This document shows, one piece after another, positions 51,254 to 59,893 of a stretch of 64,000 bases of DNA. The notes beneath the pieces were generated by a model. The model saw only the letters and a list, made by a program, of their open reading frames with translations, was not told the origin of the DNA and searched no databases. Each line of letters starts with the position of its first letter. Within the stretch, counting starts at the first letter, position 1. Source of the stretch: Methanococcoides sp. (GTDB lineage: Archaea > Halobacteriota > Methanosarcinia > Methanosarcinales > Methanosarcinaceae); assembly GCA_021108185.1 (NCBI GenBank), contig JAIORJ010000046.1, positions 1 through 64,000 of the forward strand, given 5' to 3'. The translations under genes and the position numbers were made by a program.

Positions 51254-52060
51254 TTAATCGTTTGGTTTAATATTTTTAAACATATCTGCTTTTGCATTTT
51301 CATAACTAATTTCAAATATTTTCAAATTGCCTTTTAGATCTATCACATTGAAATTAAACAATCTGGCAAATTCATCTACTTTTTCCTCGAAATCCTTTTC
51401 ATAGGCAAGGCCAGTATCGACCTTTGCAACATGTTTGTATCCCGCATAATCGAAAACTATCTTTACCATTTCTATATCATTGGGATCAGGAGTAAGACGC
51501 GTGATCACCACCATATCTCTCCAGCGGGCTGCCTGCATTGGAGTGAGGAAATAAATTCCCTCTCCTTTTGTGTCCTTCAGGGGCTGCATATAGACTTCCC
51601 TTCCACCAAGGGCTGCGCAGATACAGTCGTCTACGATCCTGTCTTCCTCATCTTTGAGTATACTGATAGGGCATGGACAGGATTCAAAATCTTTTTCAAT
51701 ATTTACGAGCACGTTTCCGCATAATCCATAGAAAACAAGTATGCTGTCAGAATATTTGACCATCAGATCCACAGTTTTGTACACTTCATCCTTTAGACGT
51801 TCTCCTTGTGAATCAAGTTCGATCTCAAGTAAATATACAATAAGGGAAAATCTCTCAACGTCTTTTCTTTCGGATTTAATGGTTATTTTAGCAAGAGGCA
51901 GTACTGCATGGGAATATCCTATATCATTCAGTTTCTGATCCAATCCAACAGAATTCTCATTTTCAACTACGATCACTTCATCAAGTGTTGGATCATTTTG
52001 GATCAGATAAACAATTTCATCTTCAAACATTTCACAGCCTACAATACTCATTACAGGCAT
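51254..52060 (-). CDS. hypothetical protein (DUF1638-like?)
   Basis: 268-aa ORF with coherent codon usage; Cys pairs 'CPCP' and 'DCICAA'; no assignable function. Confidence 0.4.
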   Translation of the reverse strand: MPVMSIVGCEMFEDEIVYLIQNDPTLDEVIVVENENSVGLDQKLNDIGYSHAVLPLAKITIKSERKDVERFSLIVYLLEIELDSQGERLKDEVYKTVDLMVKYSDSILVFYGLCGNVLVNIEKDFESCPCPISILKDEEDRIVDDCICAALGGREVYMQPLKDTKGEGIYFLTPMQAARWRDMVVITRLTPDPNDIEMVKIVFDYAGYKHVAKVDTGLAYEKDFEEKVDEFARLFNFNVIDLKGNLKIFEISYENAKADMFKNIKPND

Positions 52061-53075
52061 AGATATTTCTCCCCTTTTGGATTAAAGATATTTAGATTGT
52101 TTATTTTTCAGTTCATTTATGGAGACCTGAAAGTTTCCAGAGCTAATTAAATGTCAATTGAAGTCCCCATTTCTGCAGTTATCTTTTATTTTGCATTATC
52201 CCATTAATCTATTAGCTTTTTCTACATATAAATCTCTTGAACAAAATTTGCCATTTCTACATCAGTAGGAATAATTATGCATCAACGTTTCGGAATTCTG
52301 TTCGAGAACCAATTTATCGAGCCTTTAGGTACTTCTTATCAAATACATAGTATAGTATTATAATCTACCAATTGTACCAAAAATATGGTTTCAATAGATA
52401 CCAAATATACCCAGATATTACCATGAAAAAAGATCCATTATAAGATACTACATATCCCCCTCTGAAACTAAAGCCGAATATGAGCTATCAATTGCAGAAC
52501 TTAGAAAATGAAAAATAACGTGCTTTAATTATCCCCTATGAAATGATATGCCTAAGTTCCGTATTATTTTTCGAAAAGCGGAAATAAAGAGACTTGATTT
52601 TACTAGTTTAGAGAACTACATGCTAATTGGTCTATTCCTACATGTGTAGGAAACTCCTTTGAACACTTGAACATATGCCAGAGATTTTATTCATGCCCAC
52701 GTGTATGGAAAACTCTGTCACATTTTGCTTTTTGCCTTTTTCTACAGGTAGAACAGATAGTGTAAACCGTTTATTTTTGTCAATGATGTACAGTAAGATA
52801 TATGAATAAAATGAGTTTGTTGACTTTTATGCTTGTCTTCGTATTACATATCCCGAATTTGAAACATCTGTTTGACCATAGTAAGGATCATTGGTGTAAT
52901 CGATAGCAAAGTCATATTTTGGTTAGACATTAATATTTGAAGAAGGACCGATTTCAAGAAAACTGTTCAGGGTAACTCTTAGGAAAAAGAGTTAAAACCA
53001 GATATAGGATAGAATGGAATAGAACTGTATAATGGGAAGGAAAAAAAGTAATATATTACCCTGTGCTGTCGTTCA

Positions 53076-53978
53076 TCATGCAATATCCCTTGAAGTATCG
53101 ATCTGCACACCTTCTGAAATTTTGAACTTGAGAATGTCCGAATTTGGCACCATTCCGCGTATCTTGGGAATTGCGAGCTTGCTTATTACATGATCACGGT
53201 CGCAGTCAACGCTTACATCGAAGATGACATCAGAAGCATTAAGCACTTCATTTTCAATCTTCTTATCATAGCATCCCTTCAATGAATAAAGGTAGGTCAT
53301 GCTATTGATCTCTTTAGAGGTCTCGTAGATTATGTTGGTCAAACGCTTCAACAGACCGGGATTCACATTCAGCTTCATGAAGAATGAGAAATTGTCAAAG
53401 ATAATGTTGATATCTTCATCACCAGCATCTTTCTGGATGTTGCGCAGATTATATTCAGTGAACTCGATGATCTTGGAGTCGACATACTCATTGCCCACAT
53501 TATCGATCATATCACCCAGTTGAGTAAAATAATACTCGCTGTAGATATCGACAAATATGATACGAGAAGGATCAAGGTGCTGATCCATGATATCCCTCAT
53601 GATATATTTAGGTCTGCGGCCTGTGGTAAAATAGTACGTCTTGCGTGCTTGAGTAAATTCGTAAAGGAAGACCTCTGCCATCGATCTGGGATCTGCCGAA
53701 AAATAGATCATGGAACTAAGTGGCAAACCACCGCCAAGGTTTCTGTCCAGAACGTAGATACCAGTGGGTGAAATGACAGGATCTTTATAGACCGGGGTCT
53801 TAGGCTCAGGCACTTGACCACGAGTAGAGACTAACGACTTTGGAACGGCACACAAGTCAAGTTTACGTTTGCTGATAACCTCTTCTGAAGTCGAGCGTTC
53901 TTGTACTGCTTCATTTTGCTGCTGCGACGACTTTGGAGTAAGTATTACCTCCACACCCATAGAAAGACTACCTGACAT
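53076..53978 (-). CDS. RecA/KaiC-superfamily domain protein with degenerate Walker A (FlaH/KaiC-like, probably non-catalytic)
   Basis: 'GIYVLDRNLGGGLPLSSMIYFSADPRSM' aligns with the KaiC/RadA 'G...LD..LGGG.P.GS..L..G.PGTGKT' block, but the P-loop is replaced by SADPRSM. Confidence 0.45.
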   Translation of the reverse strand: MSGSLSMGVEVILTPKSSQQQNEAVQERSTSEEVISKRKLDLCAVPKSLVSTRGQVPEPKTPVYKDPVISPTGIYVLDRNLGGGLPLSSMIYFSADPRSMAEVFLYEFTQARKTYYFTTGRRPKYIMRDIMDQHLDPSRIIFVDIYSEYYFTQLGDMIDNVGNEYVDSKIIEFTEYNLRNIQKDAGDEDINIIFDNFSFFMKLNVNPGLLKRLTNIIYETSKEINSMTYLYSLKGCYDKKIENEVLNASDVIFDVSVDCDRDHVISKLAIPKIRGMVPNSDILKFKISEGVQIDTSRDIA

Positions 53979-54050
53979 GTTCTACCCCCACCAATTGTAT
54001 CCATGTAATATTGTTCAAGAAATATATAACTGTGCGCATACATATAAGGA

Positions 54051-54080
54051 TTGTGAACACATATACACTTTTGTGAACAC
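54051..54080 (+). promoter_or_regulatory. direct repeat TTGTGAACAC x2 (20-nt spacing) in the divergent promoter region between the KaiC-like gene and the helicase
   Basis: Exact 10-mer at 54051-54060 and 54071-54080; TATA-like AAATATATAA at 54021 and TTTATATAT at 54112. Confidence 0.35.
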
Positions 54081-54145
54081 CTTTATTCTAAAAAGGTTTG
54101 GACAAACATGATTTATATATGAATACACCTCTTTGAAATCAGAAA

Positions 54146-56623
54146 ATGACTTTGTGGACATTCCTAAAAGCTGAAAAGGCAAAGGTCATCGTAATGGCCA
54201 TCAAAGACCGTAAAAGAGTGCCACTCCTAACCGGGGAGCTCATCCTTCACACATCCCCTGCAGGCCCACGTCCGCATAAATTTCGCGTGGTCAAAGATGA
54301 TAAAGAGGAGTTAAGACAACCAGAGGAGTTCATTGAGCTTCTCAGGATCTCAGAGCGCATTCTTATCGATGTTGAGAGTGAAAAGAGGAGCGAAGCTGCC
54401 GTCCGGGAATTTATGGATGATTTCCACCTGGAATCGGAAGATGTGCATGTGTGCAGGTTCTGTCTGCTAAAGAAACAGTTCAATTTCATTAATAAGAAGT
54501 CGATCAAATATCATCACGAACTAATTTGCGAGGATTGTGCAAAGGAAGAGCTTGAGATGGCACTTCGTAATGCACATAGTTATATTGGTGATGAGGCTGC
54601 AGATCGCATCCTGCAGATCATGCTCACCACGCGTGACCTTGACCGTACCATAGGCATGCTGAGCCCGGAAGAACTTGACCTTGAATATACACGGTTCGAT
54701 ACGATAGAGCAACAGACACATGCCAATAAGATAAAGATAAAGGATGTTCCGCTCTCAAAAAAGCTTAAAGATATACTGCTTCAAAAATCCGATACATTCC
54801 TGCCGGTACAATCACTATCCATCGAAAAGGGATTGCTGGAGAGAAGGAATCAGCTTGTTACATCAGTTACTGCTACCGGAAAGACCCTTATTGGAGAGAT
54901 CGCGGGTATTGAGAACATCTTGCATGGACACGGAAAGATGCTCTATCTTGTCCCTCTTGTGGCACTGGCGAACCAGAAATATGATCAGTTCAACAAACGT
55001 TATTCTGGGATAGGGCTCAATACCTCGATAAGGGTAGGAAGTTCGAAGATAAGGACATCGAAGACAAACAAGATGAAAAGGGGACTTGATGCCGACATTA
55101 TAGTGGGTACATATGAAGGTCTTGACGTTATACTTCGTACAGGGGATGCCGATCTTCTGGGACAGATCGGTACTGTGGTCATCGATGAAGTGCATATGAT
55201 AGAAGACTCTGAGCGCGGTCACCGTCTGGATGGAGTTATCGGGAGGCTCAAATACGTTGCATCAGGTGCACAGTTCATTTACCTTTCAGCAACTGTGGCA
55301 AAACCAAAGTTGCTCGCAAAAAGACTCAATACCGAGCTTGTGGAATATGAATACAGGCCGGTACCCATTGAAAGGCATCTGCTTTTCTGCCCGGAGAGCA
55401 GCAAGATCAGACTGATGACAAAGCTTGCCAAAGACGAGTATGCCAAGGTTTCTTCGAAGGGACACCGGGGACAGACGATCATATTCACAAATTCACGCCG
55501 GAACTGTCACAGTATCGCACAGGCAATATCAATGCCCGCATCCCCATACCATGCCGGTCTTTCAATGGAGGAGAGAAAGAAGGTCGAAAGGCGGTTCGAG
55601 AAGGGAGACATACCAGTAGTGGTAACTACAGCAGCCCTTGCGGCAGGAGTGGATTTCCCGGCATCGCAGGTCATCTTTGAATCCCTCGCCATGGGTATAG
55701 AATGGCTGAACATGCAGGAGTTCCTGCAGATGCTTGGCCGTGCGGGAAGGCCTGATTTCCATGACCGAGGTATTGTCGTCTTGCTTGCCACCCCTCAAAA
55801 GCATTATACCAGTGAGCAGACCGGTACTGAAGAGGAAGTTGCCATCAGGCTGTTGAATGGCGAGATGGAACATACGGATGTGAAGTATGGTGAAGAGGAA
55901 CAGATAGAGGAGATCCTGGCAACCGCTGCTGTAACCACATCCAAAAGGGACCTGGAGACCATACACCGGAACATGCTGGCGGACTTTGAATTTAGTTCAT
56001 TGCTTGCTAAATTGAAAAAGAAGAAGTTCATTACCATAAAGGATGATCACATCACACTTACGAAGTTCGGAAGTATTGCCGCCGGACATTTCCTTTCGAT
56101 CTCAAAGGCGTTCTTGATACGTGATGCGGTCCTTTCCGACCATAGAGCCATAGAGATAGTCACGAATCTCGAGTTCTTCGAGGCTGTTTATTTCAAGTAT
56201 GCAGCCCAGATATCAACTGCCCTGAAGATAAATATGCCTTCAAGGGTGTTCCAGGGAGCTTCAATGGATATTGTTATGGAGGGTGAGAACCTTTCGAAAC
56301 TTGAGACCAAGATGCAGGACCAGATACTGGACTTTGCTGCGGATTTCCTGACGTGTGGATGCAAGGATAGCCCATTTTGCGGATGTCCTGAGCATTTGTT
56401 CTCCGAGAAGATCATCAACATGAGGATGGATGGTTATGATCCTATACAGATAGTCAGGCAGCTTGAGGATAAATACGGTATTACTGCATATCCGGGAGAT
56501 CTGCTCGGATATCTTGATGATACTATAAGAAACCTTGATGCTGTTGAGAGGATAGCGGCAGTATATTCAAAGAAAGAGATCGCATATTCTGCAAAAGATC
56601 TGAAAAAGCTCATTGAAGGATAA
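54146..56623 (+). CDS. Ski2-like superfamily-2 helicase with N-terminal C4 zinc-finger domain (ASH-Ski2 type)
   Basis: N-terminal 'CRFC...CEDC', Walker A 'ATGKT', 'DEVH' box, motif VI 'QMLGRAGR', C-terminal 'CGCKDSPFCGC'. Confidence 0.7.
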   Translation: MTLWTFLKAEKAKVIVMAIKDRKRVPLLTGELILHTSPAGPRPHKFRVVKDDKEELRQPEEFIELLRISERILIDVESEKRSEAAVREFMDDFHLESEDVHVCRFCLLKKQFNFINKKSIKYHHELICEDCAKEELEMALRNAHSYIGDEAADRILQIMLTTRDLDRTIGMLSPEELDLEYTRFDTIEQQTHANKIKIKDVPLSKKLKDILLQKSDTFLPVQSLSIEKGLLERRNQLVTSVTATGKTLIGEIAGIENILHGHGKMLYLVPLVALANQKYDQFNKRYSGIGLNTSIRVGSSKIRTSKTNKMKRGLDADIIVGTYEGLDVILRTGDADLLGQIGTVVIDEVHMIEDSERGHRLDGVIGRLKYVASGAQFIYLSATVAKPKLLAKRLNTELVEYEYRPVPIERHLLFCPESSKIRLMTKLAKDEYAKVSSKGHRGQTIIFTNSRRNCHSIAQAISMPASPYHAGLSMEERKKVERRFEKGDIPVVVTTAALAAGVDFPASQVIFESLAMGIEWLNMQEFLQMLGRAGRPDFHDRGIVVLLATPQKHYTSEQTGTEEEVAIRLLNGEMEHTDVKYGEEEQIEEILATAAVTTSKRDLETIHRNMLADFEFSSLLAKLKKKKFITIKDDHITLTKFGSIAAGHFLSISKAFLIRDAVLSDHRAIEIVTNLEFFEAVYFKYAAQISTALKINMPSRVFQGASMDIVMEGENLSKLETKMQDQILDFAADFLTCGCKDSPFCGCPEHLFSEKIINMRMDGYDPIQIVRQLEDKYGITAYPGDLLGYLDDTIRNLDAVERIAAVYSKKEIAYSAKDLKKLIEG

Positions 56624-56689
56624 GATGGGTTTATTCCGAATGGGACAAACCCTTTTAAGCGATGTTGACAATTACTTTCCAAATAAGGC

Positions 56690-57085
56690 ATGGTTTTTGA
56701 AGGATATATTAATATGACCGAAGATAAGATCGCTCCCGAAGGGAAAGTTGCAAAGAAGTTGAAGATAGAGGTTGTTAAACCTGAGAACTTTAAACAGACC
56801 TATGCTATTGGTGCATTGGGTGGTCACAGTCCTTACGATTTCAGGATCGGTTTCTATAATGACAGCCCTAAAGGGTTTGAGAAATCTTCGAATTCACAGG
56901 TCATACAGAGGTCCATCGAGACAGAAGTGATCATGTCACCTCTTGCCGCACTGGAACTATCACACTGGCTTGAACAGCATATTCGCGACTTTGAAGCTAT
57001 GTTCGGACCTATCGCGAAAGTGAAGAACCATCCACGTGCAGTAGAACAGCCAGAAGATACAGCCGAAATACAGGGATATATCTAA
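56690..57085 (+). CDS. hypothetical protein
   Basis: 131-aa ORF; alternative start at ATG 56714 after a GAAGGA SD. Confidence 0.4.
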   Translation: MVFEGYINMTEDKIAPEGKVAKKLKIEVVKPENFKQTYAIGALGGHSPYDFRIGFYNDSPKGFEKSSNSQVIQRSIETEVIMSPLAALELSHWLEQHIRDFEAMFGPIAKVKNHPRAVEQPEDTAEIQGYI

Positions 57086-57224
57086 GAGATCACCTACGAT
57101 CTACAATTTGTGGGAACGATGTTTTACTTCTAATCGGTAACCATAAATAGTAGGCAGAACACTTTACTTTTTCCGATATATAGTATTGATTATTATCTAT
57201 TAACAATGATGTGAGGATACAATC

Positions 57225-57449
57225 TTGTTCCCAAATAAGAAAGTTCAGAAAATGATTGGATCTAAAGTCCAGGTAGAGATGAAGGGTGACCAGCATATCC
57301 TTGAAGGTACATTACAGAGTGCTGATGATTATCTTAACCTGCATCTTGTAGATACCACAGAGCTCGCTGATGGCGAACGTCTACGATCACTTGGTTCCGT
57401 TGTATTGAGAGGAAACAACATAATATTGATAATGCCTGTAGAGAACTAA
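57225..57449 (+). CDS. Sm-like archaeal protein (SmAP/LSm)
   Basis: Sm1/Sm2 pattern 'KVQVEMKGDQHILEGTLQSADDYLNLHLVD...LGSVVLRGNNIILI'. Confidence 0.7.
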   Translation: MFPNKKVQKMIGSKVQVEMKGDQHILEGTLQSADDYLNLHLVDTTELADGERLRSLGSVVLRGNNIILIMPVEN

Positions 57450-57471
57450 GCTTTTATTTTCCGGAAAGACC

Positions 57472-57825
57472 ATGGAAATAGAAGAGAAGACTCTAAAGAT
57501 CATACGCGATAGCAAGGAAGGTGTCTATCAGAACGAGCTCTGGAAGCTTCTGGAGATAGACAGCCGTAAATGCTCAAGGATACTTAACAAGCTGATCAAA
57601 GCGGAGCTTATATCCCGCGAATCATCTGTTAACAATGGAGCCAGTACCTACCTTATTAAGGTAGTTACTCCAGAAGAGGAATCCTTTGATCTGCTCCTTG
57701 CAGGAGAGATGTTCTCCCCTTGCGCAGGTTGCAGGCTTGCCTGCCAACCCGAAGAATGCGAACTGTTGTCAGCATGGGTCAGCCAGCTGAACACAGAACC
57801 CGTAGAGACAGAAGAAGAAGAATAA
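57472..57825 (+). CDS. winged-helix DNA-binding protein with C-terminal Cys4 cluster and acidic tail
   Basis: wHTH pattern 'QNELWKLLEIDSRKCSRILNKLIKAELISRE'; 'CAGCRLACQPEEC'. Confidence 0.45.
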   Translation: MEIEEKTLKIIRDSKEGVYQNELWKLLEIDSRKCSRILNKLIKAELISRESSVNNGASTYLIKVVTPEEESFDLLLAGEMFSPCAGCRLACQPEECELLSAWVSQLNTEPVETEEEE

Positions 57826-57899
57826 GCCTTTCCAAGCGAAAGGTATATATCATTAATAGCCCTTATAGGGCTCGCTTCAATGCGAGCGAAAAACAGCGT

Positions 57900-57977
57900 G
57901 CTCCGGTAGTGTAGTCCGGCCAATCATTCCAGCCTTTCGAGCTGAAAACTCGGGTTCGAATCCCGGCCGGAGCACCA
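57900..57977 (+). tRNA. tRNA-Glu(TTC), CCA encoded
   Basis: Hand-folded: acceptor GCTCCGG/CCGGAGC, D-arm GTGTAGTCCGGCCAATCA typical of archaeal tRNA-Glu, anticodon loop CTTTCGA, T-arm TCGGG-TTCGAAT-CCCGG. Confidence 0.85.
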
Positions 57978-58094
57978 ATATAACTTTTTTAAAGTGTAAT
58001 GTAAATCCCATTGTAATTATTATAATTGGTTAGAAAAGTATATATCCTTAATAGCCCTTATAGGACTCGCTTCAATGCGAGCAAAAAACAGCGT

Positions 58095-58172
58095 GCTCCG
58101 GTAGTGTAGTCCGGCCAATCATTCCAGCCTTTCGAGCTGAAAACTCGGGTTCGAATCCCGGCCGGAGCACCA
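58095..58172 (+). tRNA. tRNA-Glu(TTC), second tandem copy
   Basis: Identical mature sequence to 57900-57977. About 195-nt tandem duplication including the leader hairpin GCTCGCTTCAATGCGAGC and the oligo-T trailer. Confidence 0.85.
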
Positions 58173-58524
58173 ATATAACTTTTTTAAAATGTAATTAAAC
58201 AATACATAAACATTCTGCTATTACAATTAAGTATCTTTTCTGAAAATTCTGCTAACACAGAGCCAACGGCTACAAGTATGGAAGTAAAATATCCCGGCTC
58301 CCCATTGTGATTGCACATAACAGACGTATTCGAATCAATGGAGCGTGAACTTTCGCATCATACGAATTCATGTATGTAAGGCCCATGAGATCATATTGAA
58401 CCCCCTCCCAATTTGTTTTATATCGCATGCCCAACATCATTAATATTGGTAAATGAGGGGGATTTGAAAAACCCTGTAAGGTAGGGCTTGAGCTTGCATT
58501 CCTCCAATCTACAGGAGTGATCAC

Positions 58525-59892
58525 ATGAAGAAAATAGTCTCTATGAATCCGGCAACAGGGGAAATAAATGAGGAATTTGAACATTATTCCGAAGAGAGGA
58601 TCAACCATACCTTAACAAGGGCAAGAGCTACTTTTCTTGAATGGAAGGATCTTGACATTTCCGAAAGAGCACATTATCTAAAAACAGCGGCTGCACAACT
58701 AAGAAAAGACAAGGATGAACTGGCCCGTATCATAACGATCGAGATGGGTAAACCCATCAAGGAATCAGTTCCCGAAGTGGAGAAGTGTGCGTGGGCTCTC
58801 GAATACTATGCGGAGAATGCGGAGAATTTCCTTGCACCGGAAGCTGTGGAAACCGACGCTTTGGATTCCGGAGTCTCATTTGAACCAAAGGGAGTGATCC
58901 TCAGCATAATGCCCTGGAATTTTCCGTTCTGGCAGGCCCTTCGTTTCGGTGCACCGGCACTTGTAGGAGGCAATACGGTCATACTGAAGCATGCCAGCTC
59001 CGTGCCCATGTGCGCTCTTGCGATTGAAAAAGTGTTTGCGGATGCAGGTCTTCCGGAAGGTGCATTCCAGACCCTGCTTATCGACGGCAGGACCGCCTCG
59101 GAACTCATCGCAAGGGATGAGATCGCAGCAGTCACTTTCACAGGCAGCCTTAATGCAGGCAAGAAGGTGGCGGAAGCTGCAGGCAGGAATATGAAAAAGG
59201 CTGTGCTTGAGCTTGGAGGGAGTGATCCGTTCATCGTTCTTGATGATGCCGATGTGGAGATGGCCGCAAAGGCGGGAGTGAACAGCCGCTTCCAGAACGG
59301 CGGCCAGAGTTGCATTGCAGCCAAACGTTTCATAGTTACCGAAGCTGTGGCCGATGAGTTCCTGAGTATTTTTATTGACTCCGCACGCCAGCTAAATGTC
59401 GGAGACCCAATGGACCCACAAACAGATGTTGGCCCCCTGGTCAATGCGGAACAGGTCGATATCATTGATGCACAGGTAAAGGATGCTTTGAACAAAGGTG
59501 CCGACCTCCTACTTGAAGGGGGAAGAATAGACAGGCCAGGAGCATTCTATGCACCAGTAGTTCTCGGTAATGTTAACGAGAACATGCGTGTGTTGAAGGA
59601 AGAGACATTCGGGCCCGTTGCCCCTGTTATTATCGTCAAGGATGAGGATGAGGCCATTCGGGTTGCAGGGAACAGCGATTTCGGGCTTGGTGCCAGCCTG
59701 TGGACTGAAGACAGGGAACATGCAATGGAAATTGAAAAACGTATTGAATCCGGCATGTTGTCGGTGAACTCAATGGTTGCCTCGGACCCCCGCCTTCCTT
59801 TTGGTGGTGTTAAGAAGAGCGGCATAGGACGAGAACTGTATAAGTATGGACTTTATGAGTTCATGAATATCAAGTCGATCAAGGTGTATTGA
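58525..59892 (+). CDS. NAD(P)-dependent aldehyde dehydrogenase (succinate-semialdehyde dehydrogenase-like)
   Basis: 'ELGGSDPFIV' (catalytic Glu region), 'FQNGGQSCIAAKR' (catalytic Cys), 'GxGxxG'-like cofactor motif; 455 aa. Confidence 0.8.
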   Translation: MKKIVSMNPATGEINEEFEHYSEERINHTLTRARATFLEWKDLDISERAHYLKTAAAQLRKDKDELARIITIEMGKPIKESVPEVEKCAWALEYYAENAENFLAPEAVETDALDSGVSFEPKGVILSIMPWNFPFWQALRFGAPALVGGNTVILKHASSVPMCALAIEKVFADAGLPEGAFQTLLIDGRTASELIARDEIAAVTFTGSLNAGKKVAEAAGRNMKKAVLELGGSDPFIVLDDADVEMAAKAGVNSRFQNGGQSCIAAKRFIVTEAVADEFLSIFIDSARQLNVGDPMDPQTDVGPLVNAEQVDIIDAQVKDALNKGADLLLEGGRIDRPGAFYAPVVLGNVNENMRVLKEETFGPVAPVIIVKDEDEAIRVAGNSDFGLGASLWTEDREHAMEIEKRIESGMLSVNSMVASDPRLPFGGVKKSGIGRELYKYGLYEFMNIKSIKVY

Positions 59893-59893
59893 T

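Noticed and set aside
58270-58608. 112-aa minus-strand ORF in the intergenic region upstream of the aldehyde dehydrogenase
   Set aside because: It overlaps the ALDH start and the leader inverted repeat. No SD. Cys/Trp-rich odd composition. More likely non-coding leader.
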